From the NCBI GenBank assembly GCA_025928515.1, contig JAICJI010000007.1:1335-65334 (forward strand): DNA of 64,000 bases, given 5' to 3'. Source of the stretch: Thermoleophilia bacterium (GTDB taxonomy: Bacteria; Actinomycetota; Thermoleophilia; Gaiellales; Gaiellaceae). The first letter of the stretch is position 1. Every line of letters begins with the position of its first letter. The notes beneath the pieces were generated by a model. It saw nothing but the letters and a program-made list of their open reading frames with translations. It did no database searches and was not told the DNA's origin. Positions 55,247-63,220 of this stretch are shown in pieces. Position numbers and translations under genes: made by a program.

Positions 55247-55621
55247 TCACACATACGTGTGCTGGTCGCGCCACGTGCGCCACATGGCGAGGCCGCAGAG
55301 CGCGAGCACCGCGACGAAGGCGAGCACCTGGTAGCCGACCGCCCCGCCGTACCAGTAGACACCGACGTCGGCGACGGCCACGATCGCCGCGCCGTAGAAG
55401 ACCGTCTGCGCCCGCTGAGGCCACATCGAGATGCCTTCACGCCGGTCGCGCCAGACGAGGAAGACGAAGTAGGCGATCGCCAGCATGAAGGCGACGCGCG
55501 CGAGGACACTCAGCGCCAGCAGCGTCTGCTCGAGCTGGAACACGACGATCAGCCCCGCGATGACCGCGAGGATCACCATCCCGCGCAAGAACGGGTTGAT
55601 GCGGGAGAAGAAGCTGTTCAT
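55247..55621 (-). CDS. small 4-TM membrane protein
   Basis: The start is taken at ATG 55621 (MNSFFSRINPF), which forms an ATGA overlap with the upstream stop. It has four hydrophobic helices. Confidence 0.5.
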   Translation of the reverse strand: MNSFFSRINPFLRGMVILAVIAGLIVVFQLEQTLLALSVLARVAFMLAIAYFVFLVWRDRREGISMWPQRAQTVFYGAAIVAVADVGVYWYGGAVGYQVLAFVAVLALCGLAMWRTWRDQHTYV

Positions 55622-55974
55622 GTGGCCGTCAAATACGCCCGCACCGCGAGCGCTCCTGCCACCAACGTAGCGCCGGTGAACCACGCCAGCCGTCCGCGGC
55701 GCTCGTTCGGCGCGTACATCCAGGGCGCGAGCACGGCGAGCAGCGAGAGCGTCCCGTAGAGGTAATGAAGCTTGTCTGCCGCTCGATGATGGCTCGAGAG
55801 AAGCAGGAGCCCGATGCCGACCTGGGCGACGAGCAGCGTCTGGGCGAGTGCGAGCAGGTGTGTGAGGAGCCCACGCGGCTCAGCCCGGCGGTAGTACGTC
55901 CAGGCGCCTGCCCCCGCGGCGCCGAACGTGGCAGCGAGAACCGCGAACGCGACCGCATGGTGGACGCCGAGCAT
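55618..55974 (-). CDS. small 4-TM membrane protein, His-rich loops
   Basis: 118 aa with hydrophobic helices and conserved-looking His residues (SSHHRAADKLHY). Confidence 0.5.
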   Translation of the reverse strand: MLGVHHAVAFAVLAATFGAAGAGAWTYYRRAEPRGLLTHLLALAQTLLVAQVGIGLLLLSSHHRAADKLHYLYGTLSLLAVLAPWMYAPNERRGRLAWFTGATLVAGALAVRAYLTAT

Positions 55975-56008
55975 GGCCGGCGGAGCCTACCGTCGCGGTT
56001 GCCTGCCG

Positions 56009-56818
56009 CTATTCGGTGTCGGTCTGGCCGGGATCCGGCGCAGGAGCGGGAGGCGTCCCCTCGTCCGGCGGCGGATACGGCTCGGGCACCTGCGCCGGCG
56101 TCGGCGGATTCCCCTCGTCCGGGGGCGGGTACGGCGCGCTCGGTTCGTTTGGGGTGACCATCATCGTCTGCTGTACCGGAAGTCGCGCGCGACGAATCCT
56201 CTCGTCGGCACCGGCGAGCTGCTCTGCGAGCGCGTCTTCGATCCGTTTCGCCTCCTGCTCGAGCTCCACGAGCTGCTCCCGCGCCTGGCGCTCGGCATTC
56301 GAGTCGCTTCGCCAGACGGCCTCGCCGAGCGCCTGCAGTGCCGGACCTCGCTCGTACGTGATCGCATCGAGCCGCGACCGCGTGCGCCAGCGGTTGACGG
56401 CGGTATCGAGCTTCGTGCGCCAGATCTCCGCAGCGGTCGCCGCATGTGCGCGGCCGTCGGACGCGAGGCGTGAGGAGTGCTGCGCCCACTCGTCGGCGCT
56501 CCGTCGCGTCGTTTCCCCGAGAGCTGCGAGCAGGATCAGCGCCAGGATCAGTAGACCGATCGCCCAGCCCCAGCTTCCGGTCGCGAAGAGCCCGATCGCG
56601 GCTCCGACTGCCGCAAATCCGAGGCAGAGGAGGACGAAGCGCGCGGGCAACCCGAGCCAGCGCCGTTCGACGCTCTCCCGCACGACGGGGCCGGGAACGG
56701 TCTCGAGCAGCGGCAGCTCGGCCACCGCCGCGCCGCAGCTCGGGCAGAAGCGCGCGCTCTGCACGAGCTCCTCGCCGCAGCTACGGCACGCGCTGTCCGC
56801 GATCGGTGATGCGCTCAT
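56009..56818 (-). CDS. zinc-ribbon membrane protein with coiled-coil and Pro-rich repeat tail
   Basis: The N-terminus is CRSCGEELVQSARFCPSCG, followed by two TM helices and a helical region. The C-terminus repeats PYPPPDEG(N/T)PP twice. Confidence 0.6.
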   Translation of the reverse strand: MSASPIADSACRSCGEELVQSARFCPSCGAAVAELPLLETVPGPVVRESVERRWLGLPARFVLLCLGFAAVGAAIGLFATGSWGWAIGLLILALILLAALGETTRRSADEWAQHSSRLASDGRAHAATAAEIWRTKLDTAVNRWRTRSRLDAITYERGPALQALGEAVWRSDSNAERQAREQLVELEQEAKRIEDALAEQLAGADERIRRARLPVQQTMMVTPNEPSAPYPPPDEGNPPTPAQVPEPYPPPDEGTPPAPAPDPGQTDTE

Positions 56819-57119
56819 GTCCGGCTTGTGCCCCGCCTTCGAGCGCTCGTAACGCCTCGGCAGCCCGCCTGCGCAACGGGCCGACCTGCGCGCGGTAGTC
56901 GACGTCGGACACCTTGCCGGTGCGATGGTCGAACTCGAGCTCCTTCAGCGCCGCCAGGGCGCGATCCCGCTCCTCCGCGAGCGCGAGCCGCTGCCTCGCC
57001 TCGGGTGCGAGCTCGTCGAGCCGGTCGCTCGCGGGTGACGGATCGCGGAGGAACGGCCGCGCGACGAAGACGACGGCGACGACCGCGAGCATCGCCGCGA
57101 CGGCGAGCGGCCACCCCAC
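56781..57119 (-). CDS. CcmI-like N-terminal module (TM helix plus helical domain)
   Basis: 112 aa. The TM helix is PLAVAAMLAVVAVVFVA, followed by LAALKELEFDHRTGKVSDVDYRAQVGPLRRRA. This resembles the CcmI-1 region (L..EL..D...G.i....y) from memory. It has no Cys, so it is not a CcmH. Confidence 0.45.
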   Translation of the reverse strand: MGWPLAVAAMLAVVAVVFVARPFLRDPSPASDRLDELAPEARQRLALAEERDRALAALKELEFDHRTGKVSDVDYRAQVGPLRRRAAEALRALEGGAQAGHERITDRGQRVP

Positions 57120-57120
57120 G

Positions 57121-59091
57121 TCAGATTCCCGCTGGAGCAGCGCCGGCCGCGTACCGCGCGGCGAGCCGCCGCTGCTCGACCGCGTCTGGCCACATCGCGA
57201 TCAGCGCTCCCGCCACGAAGACGAAGCCGGCGACCCAGATCAAGTTGATGAGCGGTTTCACGAACACCTGGAAGTCGATCTTGTCGACCCTCCCGTTCTT
57301 CGTCGGCAACGCCTGCGCCCTCGTGAAGACGTCGCCGATCGAGCGCGGGTCGTGGTAGATCGAGGCCTCGGTCGCCCACCCTTCGATGGCGTAATGGTTC
57401 TCGCCGGGCTTGAGGGTGAATCGCTCGCCGTGGCCGGATACAGGGATGAGCGCGCGATAGCCCGTGTAGTTCGCTCCGCGCACGCCGGCACTCCCGGCGT
57501 ACGTGAACGTGTAGCCCGCCGCCGTGATCGACTGGCCGGGGCTGAGCACGCGCTCGCGCACCGTCTGGTACGCGCTCGAGCCCGCGATGCCGATCGCGAG
57601 CAGGACGACCGCGGCGTGCACGACATAGCCGCCGTAGCGCCGCCGGTTGCGTGCAATGAGATGGAAGACTCCGCCTGCCGCCGCTCGTCCACGCACGAAC
57701 TCGAGCACGATCGACGCGGCGACGAAGGACCCGAACGAGTACGCGAGCAGGCCTGGCCACGAGCTCCCGAAACCGAGCGCGAGCAGCACGGCACCGGTCA
57801 CGACCGCTGTGACAAAGGGGATGAGGAACGTCTTCCCGAGCGAGCGAAGCGACGCCCTCCGCCAGGCCACGAGCGGCCCAAGCCCCATGAGCAGCAGCAG
57901 CGGCAGGCCGAACGTGTGGAGGAAGAAGTCGTAGTACGGCTTCGAGACCGACCGCGTCTCGCCGCGCAGGGCCTCCGAGACGATCGGGTAGAGAACGCCC
58001 CAAAGGATCGTCAGCGCCAGGGCGACGAGCAGCAGGTTGTTGTAGAGGAAGGTCGCCTCCCGCGAGACGAGCGACTCGAGCTTCGTCTTCGTCCGCAGTA
58101 GCGGCAGGCGCCAGCGGATCAGCGCCACCGAGAGGAAGATCATCAGGCCGAGGAAGGCGAGGAACCAGCCGCCGATCGGGCTCCGCGAGAACGAGTGGAT
58201 TGAGTCGACGACGCCCGAGCGGGTGAGGAACGTCCCGAACAGCGAGAGGTTGAAGGCGAGTGCGACGAGCACCATGTTCCAGACCTTCAGCATCCCGCGC
58301 TTCTCCTGGATCATCACCGAGTGGAGGAACGCGGTCGCGGCGAGCCACGGCATGAGCGCTGCGTTCTCGACCGGATCCCAGGCGTAGTAGCCGCCCCAGC
58401 CGATCTCGACGTACGCCCAGTGGGAGCCGATCAACTGGCCGACGCCGAGGAACGTCCAGGCGGCGAGCGTCCACCGCCGCGTCGCGACGATCCAGCGCTC
58501 GTCGGTCCGTCCCGAGAGCAGCGCGCCCATCGCGAAGGCGAACGGGACGGTGAGGCCGACGTAGCCGAGATAGAGCAGCGGCGGGTGGGCGAGCATGTAC
58601 GGGTTCTGCAGGCTCGGCACCATCCCCTTGCCGTCGCCCGCAGCCGGCTGCATGTGGAACGGGCTGGAGACGAAGCAGAGCATGAAGGCGAAGAAGACGC
58701 CGACGAGCCCGAACACGGGCACGGTCCAGGCGATCAACTCGCGCGAGCGGCGGTTGAGCCAGACGGCGAGGCCGCCGTAGCCGGTGAGCACGAGCAGCCA
58801 GAGCAGGAGCGAGCCCTCCTGGCCTCCCCAGAAGGCGGACAGCGCGTAGCCGAGAGGCAGCTTGTGACTCGTGTGCTGCCAGACGTAGACGAAGGTCATG
58901 TCGCGGCGGCCCAGCGCGACGAGCAGCACGATCGCGGCGACGAGCGTCACCGGGAACGCGGCGAGGAGCGCGTTCTGTGCCGACAGGGCGAGCCTCCGTC
59001 GCCGCTTCCAGGCGGCGTACGAGCCCGCGATCAGCGCATAGAGGACAAGGCCGAAGGCGAGGAGGAGCGCAGCGCGCCCGAGCGGGGCCAT
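57121..59091 (-). CDS. ccmF: cytochrome c-type biogenesis heme lyase subunit CcmF
   Basis: Polytopic protein with the WWD motif GWGGYYAWDPVENAALMPWL. The start is taken at ATG 59091, which forms a TAATG overlap with the ccmE stop. Confidence 0.92.
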   Translation of the reverse strand: MAPLGRAALLLAFGLVLYALIAGSYAAWKRRRRLALSAQNALLAAFPVTLVAAIVLLVALGRRDMTFVYVWQHTSHKLPLGYALSAFWGGQEGSLLLWLLVLTGYGGLAVWLNRRSRELIAWTVPVFGLVGVFFAFMLCFVSSPFHMQPAAGDGKGMVPSLQNPYMLAHPPLLYLGYVGLTVPFAFAMGALLSGRTDERWIVATRRWTLAAWTFLGVGQLIGSHWAYVEIGWGGYYAWDPVENAALMPWLAATAFLHSVMIQEKRGMLKVWNMVLVALAFNLSLFGTFLTRSGVVDSIHSFSRSPIGGWFLAFLGLMIFLSVALIRWRLPLLRTKTKLESLVSREATFLYNNLLLVALALTILWGVLYPIVSEALRGETRSVSKPYYDFFLHTFGLPLLLLMGLGPLVAWRRASLRSLGKTFLIPFVTAVVTGAVLLALGFGSSWPGLLAYSFGSFVAASIVLEFVRGRAAAGGVFHLIARNRRRYGGYVVHAAVVLLAIGIAGSSAYQTVRERVLSPGQSITAAGYTFTYAGSAGVRGANYTGYRALIPVSGHGERFTLKPGENHYAIEGWATEASIYHDPRSIGDVFTRAQALPTKNGRVDKIDFQVFVKPLINLIWVAGFVFVAGALIAMWPDAVEQRRLAARYAAGAAPAGI

Positions 59092-59498
59092 TACGTGTTC
59101 GAGGACTTGGCCGGCTTGTAGTGATCCGGGCACTTGGCGATCATCGAGCCCGGCTGCGCGACGAAGACGCCGTTGCGCATCGTCCCGTTGACCACGATGT
59201 CGCTTCCCGACTTGACCAGGTCGGGGACGCTGCCGTGATAGACGACCGCGACGCGCGCCGGGTTCGCCGAGTGGGCGTCCTTGAGCATGAAGCGCATGCC
59301 TGCCTGCGTGTGAGCGGCGGGGATGTTCGGCTTACCGACGACGGCGCCGACGAGCGCGACGCTGCCCGTGTGGCCGGCGAGCGTGCTCGGCCGGAGCTGC
59401 GCGACGCCGTTGCCGGCGATTGCCGTGTACACGACGAAGATGGCCAGAGCGGCCGCCACGGAGAGAGCGATTACAAGCCGCGCAGGACTCGATCCCAC
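59091..59498 (-). CDS. ccmE: heme chaperone CcmE, variant with Cys in place of the heme-binding His
   Basis: An N-terminal TM anchor and an OB-fold. The C-terminal motif MIAKCPDHYKP aligns with the canonical LAKHDENYTP, giving CxxxY instead of HxxxY. Confidence 0.85.
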   Translation of the reverse strand: MGSSPARLVIALSVAAALAIFVVYTAIAGNGVAQLRPSTLAGHTGSVALVGAVVGKPNIPAAHTQAGMRFMLKDAHSANPARVAVVYHGSVPDLVKSGSDIVVNGTMRNGVFVAQPGSMIAKCPDHYKPAKSSNT

Positions 59499-59540
59499 GC
59501 GCGCATCGTAGCCCTCGCGCGCCCGAACGAGCGGCAGTCG

Positions 59541-59783
59541 CTAGCTCTTCGGAGCCTTCGCCGGCTTGCGGGCCGGAATGCGGTACCCATGCTCGTGGCA
59601 GAGCGAGCCCGGCGCGTCCTCGGTGAGCGCGTCGCAGTAGCCCTTCCCGTACGCGGCGCGCAGGAAGGCGGCGACGACTTCGAGGTTCCACTCCGTCACG
59701 TCGAGCGTCTCGCGCCAGAGATCGGCAAGGCGAAGGTCGATGTCGAGCTCGAGGAGATCGATTCTGGATGGGCGCTTGGGCAT
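59541..59783 (-). CDS. hypothetical small protein
   Basis: An 80-aa ORF upstream of ccmE with no recognised family. Confidence 0.3.
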   Translation of the reverse strand: MPKRPSRIDLLELDIDLRLADLWRETLDVTEWNLEVVAAFLRAAYGKGYCDALTEDAPGSLCHEHGYRIPARKPAKAPKS

Positions 59784-59827
59784 GCCGAAAAAGTAGGAAG
59801 AGGATCGGACGGCATAGGCTGGGATTC

Positions 59828-60646
59828 GTGGGAGAGATTCGCTATGGGCCGAGCGGCCTGCCCGAGACGCCGACCTTCGAAGAGTCGTTCGCGGCGCTCG
59901 TGGCAGACGGCTACCGCGCGTGCGAGATCGGGTTCGTCAGCGGCTTCTGGCTCGACTACGAGGCGGCGCCCCAGTTCGCGGCCGCGGCGGCCGCGGCGGA
60001 CGTCGCGGTCTCGGTGCACGCGCCGCTCGCAGCGTTCATGGGTCATGCGGACCGCGGCAAGAAGTTCAAGATGGCGCTGGGGATGCTCGACCACACCGCG
60101 GGGCTCGCCCAGGCGTGCGGCGCACAGGTGATCGTCTTCCACCCTGGCTTCCTCCTCGGCCGCGAGCGGGAGCAGGCGATCGCCGACGTCGTCGACCAGC
60201 TCGGCGACCTGCGCGAGCGGCTCGAGGCGAAGGGCCGGCTCGTCCCCTTCGGGGTCGAAGTGATGGGCCGTGTGCGCGATCTCGGCACGATCGACGACGT
60301 GCTCGCAATTGCGGCGCAGGTCGACTTCGTCCGGCCGGTGCTCGACTTCGCGCACATGCACGCGACGAGCGACGGCGCGTTTCTCGAGGTGGATGCCTTC
60401 GCCGCCGCGCTCGCCGGCGCCGACGAGGTGCTCGAGCCCGGCGCACCGTTCCACATCCACTTCAGCGACATCCAGTACGCAAACCGCAACGAGACGAAAC
60501 ACCTTCCTTACGGCGAGGGAACGCTGCGCGCCGAACCCTTGCGCGAGGCGCTCGCGCGGTTCGAGCGGCCCGCGACTGTGATCAGCGAGGCGCCCGACGC
60601 CGCGTCGACGCGGGCGATCGGCGACGTCCTGCTCGGCGCGGCCTAG
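59828..60646 (+). CDS. xylose-isomerase-like TIM-barrel protein (endonuclease IV / sugar-phosphate isomerase superfamily)
   Basis: Contains GYRACEIGF, VSVHAP, VIVFHPG, FGVEVMG, DFAHMH and HIHFSD, a metal-ligand pattern of the AP endonuclease 2 / TIM-barrel fold. The start is taken at GTG 59828. Confidence 0.7.
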   Translation: MGEIRYGPSGLPETPTFEESFAALVADGYRACEIGFVSGFWLDYEAAPQFAAAAAAADVAVSVHAPLAAFMGHADRGKKFKMALGMLDHTAGLAQACGAQVIVFHPGFLLGREREQAIADVVDQLGDLRERLEAKGRLVPFGVEVMGRVRDLGTIDDVLAIAAQVDFVRPVLDFAHMHATSDGAFLEVDAFAAALAGADEVLEPGAPFHIHFSDIQYANRNETKHLPYGEGTLRAEPLREALARFERPATVISEAPDAASTRAIGDVLLGAA

Positions 60647-61023
60647 CCCGGCTCGTGGCAGACGGCTTCGACGTTGTTGCCGTCGGGATCGAGGACGTAA
60701 CCGCCGTAGTAGTCGTCGTGGTACCAGCGGATGCCCGGCGCGCCGTTGTCGGTTCCTCCCGCCTCGAGAGCAGCGGCGTGGAACGCGTCGACGAGTTCGC
60801 GGCTCTCGGCCGCGAAGGCGATGTGGAGCCGTCCGCGGGCGGGCTCGCCGTGCGCCTCGATGAAGAACGACGGCCTGCCTCCGTCGTCCTCGCCGAATCC
60901 CGCCGCCGCGCCCGAGAACTCCAGCAGGAGCTTGTAGCCGAGCGGCTCGAGTGCCTGCTCGTAGAACGCCCTGCTGCGCTCGTAGTCGGCGACGCCGATC
61001 CCGAGGTGGTCGAGCACTGCCAT
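60643..61023 (-). CDS. glyoxalase/VOC-family protein
   Basis: Starts MAVLDHLGIGVADYERSRAFYEQAL and contains HIAFAA and GYVLDPDGNNVE. The start is ATG 61023. Confidence 0.8.
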   Translation of the reverse strand: MAVLDHLGIGVADYERSRAFYEQALEPLGYKLLLEFSGAAAGFGEDDGGRPSFFIEAHGEPARGRLHIAFAAESRELVDAFHAAALEAGGTDNGAPGIRWYHDDYYGGYVLDPDGNNVEAVCHEPG

Positions 61024-61060
61024 CGTCTCTCCTCTCGTCGTTGCGCATAGCATCGCGCCC

Positions 61061-62416
61061 GTGCTCGATCCGAAGGTCTTCAAGGCGTACGACGTGCGCG
61101 GGCTCTACCGCGACGAGCTCGACGAACAGGGAGCCGAGGCGATCGGCCGCGCCTACGTGGAGCAGTTCGAGCCGCGCCGGGTCGCCGTCGGCCGCGACAT
61201 GCGGCTCTCGTCACCGACGATGCAGGAGGCCTTCATGCGAGGTGCGGCCGCGGCCGGCGCGGACGTGCTCGACCTCGGGCTCGTCGGCACCGAGATGGTC
61301 TATTTCGCGGTCGGCTCGCTGGGACTCGAGGGCGGCGCGATGGTCACGGCTTCGCACAACCCGAAGGAATACACAGGGATGAAGCTCGTCCGGCGGGGCG
61401 CTCTCCCCGTCGGAGGCGACTCGGGCCTCCTCGACGTCCGCGACCGCGCCATGTCCGACGCGGACATGGCAGGTGTCAGACACCTGACACGGCCGGAAGG
61501 GACGGTCGAGGAGCACGACATCTGGCCTGCGTACGTCGAGCGCGTGCTGTCGTTCGTGGACCCGTCGACGCTCAAGCCGCTTCGGGTGGTGATCGACGCG
61601 GCGAACGGGATGGCCGGGACGATGCTCCCGCCGGTGCTCGAGCGGCTCCCGGTCGGCGTCGTCCGCTGCTACTTCGAGCCGGACGGCTCGTTCCCGAACC
61701 ACGAGCCGAACCCGCTGCTACCCGAGAACCGGAAGTTCATCGTCGCCAAGACCCTCGAGGAGGGCGCCGACCTCGGCGTCGCGTTCGACGGCGATGCTGA
61801 TCGCTGCTTCTTCGTCGACGACACGGGCGAGTTCGTCCCCGGGGACTTCGTCACCGCGCTCTTCGCCGAGAGCGTGCTCGAGAAGGAGCCGGGAGCGAAG
61901 CTCATCTACGACGTCCGCGCGAGCCGGGCGGTGCCGGACACGATCGAGCGAGACGGTGGTGTCGCACTCATGAACCGCGTGGGCCACGCCTTCATCAAAG
62001 CGCGGATGCGGAAAGACGACGCGTCGTTCGCCGGCGAGGTCTCCGGCCACTATTACTTCCGCGACTTCAGCCAGGCCGACTCGGGCGTCGTCCCGTTCCT
62101 GCTCATGCTCGAGCTGATCTCGAAGAGGGACCGACCGCTCTCGGAGATCCTCGCGCCGCTGCGCGCGCGCTACTTCATCACGGGTGAGATCAACACGCCG
62201 GTCCCCGACGTCGCGCTCAAGCTGCAAGAGCTGAAGGAGCGCTACGCCGACGGGCGCGTCACACACCTCGACGGCATCTCGGTCGATTTCGACGACTGGC
62301 ACTTCAATGTTCGGCCCTCGAACACCGAGCCGCTGCTACGGCTCAACCTCGAGGCGACCTCGGAGGAGCTGATGGAGCAGAAGCGCGACGAGGTGCTGGA
62401 GGTGATCCGGTCATGA
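61061..62416 (+). CDS. phosphomannomutase/phosphoglucomutase
   Basis: Contains FKAYDVRG, the active-site TASHNPKEYTGMK, FDGDADR and GEVSGHYYF. Confidence 0.9.
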   Translation: MLDPKVFKAYDVRGLYRDELDEQGAEAIGRAYVEQFEPRRVAVGRDMRLSSPTMQEAFMRGAAAAGADVLDLGLVGTEMVYFAVGSLGLEGGAMVTASHNPKEYTGMKLVRRGALPVGGDSGLLDVRDRAMSDADMAGVRHLTRPEGTVEEHDIWPAYVERVLSFVDPSTLKPLRVVIDAANGMAGTMLPPVLERLPVGVVRCYFEPDGSFPNHEPNPLLPENRKFIVAKTLEEGADLGVAFDGDADRCFFVDDTGEFVPGDFVTALFAESVLEKEPGAKLIYDVRASRAVPDTIERDGGVALMNRVGHAFIKARMRKDDASFAGEVSGHYYFRDFSQADSGVVPFLLMLELISKRDRPLSEILAPLRARYFITGEINTPVPDVALKLQELKERYADGRVTHLDGISVDFDDWHFNVRPSNTEPLLRLNLEATSEELMEQKRDEVLEVIRS

Positions 62417-62820
62417 GTGGCGAATACGCATTTTCGACTCGCACGCGTGTCGGCTTCTCGGACACCGACGCGCAGGGAATCGTCTATTACGGCCGCTACA
62501 ACCCGTACTTCGACCTTGCGCGCGTCGAGTACCTCCGCTCGCTCGGCTTTCTCCATCGGGAAGCCGGCGGCGAGTTCGTCATGCGGGCGAACGACGTCGA
62601 GTACTTCGCGCCCGCACGCTTCGACGACGAGCTGGAGATCCACATCCGGGTCTCGAACATCGGGCGGACGAGCATGACGTACGAATTCGCGGCGTTCAAA
62701 GTGCCCGAAGGAACATTGCTCGTCACGGCGCACCAGACGCTCGTCTTCATCGACCGCGAGACTCGCCGCCCGATCCCCATCCCGAACGCGTATCGGGCGC
62801 CGTTCCATGTCGACGCCTGA
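62413..62820 (+). CDS. acyl-CoA thioesterase, 4HBT/YbgC family
   Basis: Contains VGFSDTDAQGIVYYGRY and a hot-dog fold pattern. Confidence 0.8.
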   Translation: MSGEYAFSTRTRVGFSDTDAQGIVYYGRYNPYFDLARVEYLRSLGFLHREAGGEFVMRANDVEYFAPARFDDELEIHIRVSNIGRTSMTYEFAAFKVPEGTLLVTAHQTLVFIDRETRRPIPIPNAYRAPFHVDA

Positions 62821-63109
62821 CGCCGACGACCAGTTGCGGCAGACCGTGTCGGAGCTCGCCTCCCGCGACGGGTGCTCATGGGCCGGGATCTACTTCGTCG
62901 AGGAGGACAACCTCGTGCTCGGGCCGGAGGCCGGAACGCCGGATCCGGAACGGCGCACGACCGTCCCCGTTGTGTGGCGCGGCACGCGCGTCGCCGAGCT
63001 CGCCGCGGACGGAACGGTGGCGCGCGCCGACCTCGAGTCGATCGCGGCCGAGATCGCAGACCTCTGCCTCGTCGGCTGGGACACCGGCGGCGAGCTGTGG
63101 CAAAGCTGA
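62807..63109 (+). CDS. small GAF-like protein
   Basis: 100 aa; WAGIYFVEEDNLVLGP is reminiscent of free GAF domains. Confidence 0.4.
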   Translation: MSTPDADDQLRQTVSELASRDGCSWAGIYFVEEDNLVLGPEAGTPDPERRTTVPVVWRGTRVAELAADGTVARADLESIAAEIADLCLVGWDTGGELWQS

Positions 63110-63220
63110 CGAAGCCATCCCTCGTCCGAGGGTGACACCCCGCATCAGTAGTCGAGTCTCCCTCGAACGGGGTAACCCCGGGTGGGCGGGCCTTGATCCC
63201 TCGAACGAGGGAACCTGCGG

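Noticed and set aside
56030-56150. A tandem-like DNA repeat, considered as a possible CRISPR or VNTR.
   Set aside because: There are only two about 24-nt near-copies, both inside the coding sequence for the PYPPPDEG(N/T)PP protein repeat. There is no spacer/repeat architecture. No CRISPR-like array was seen anywhere in the window.
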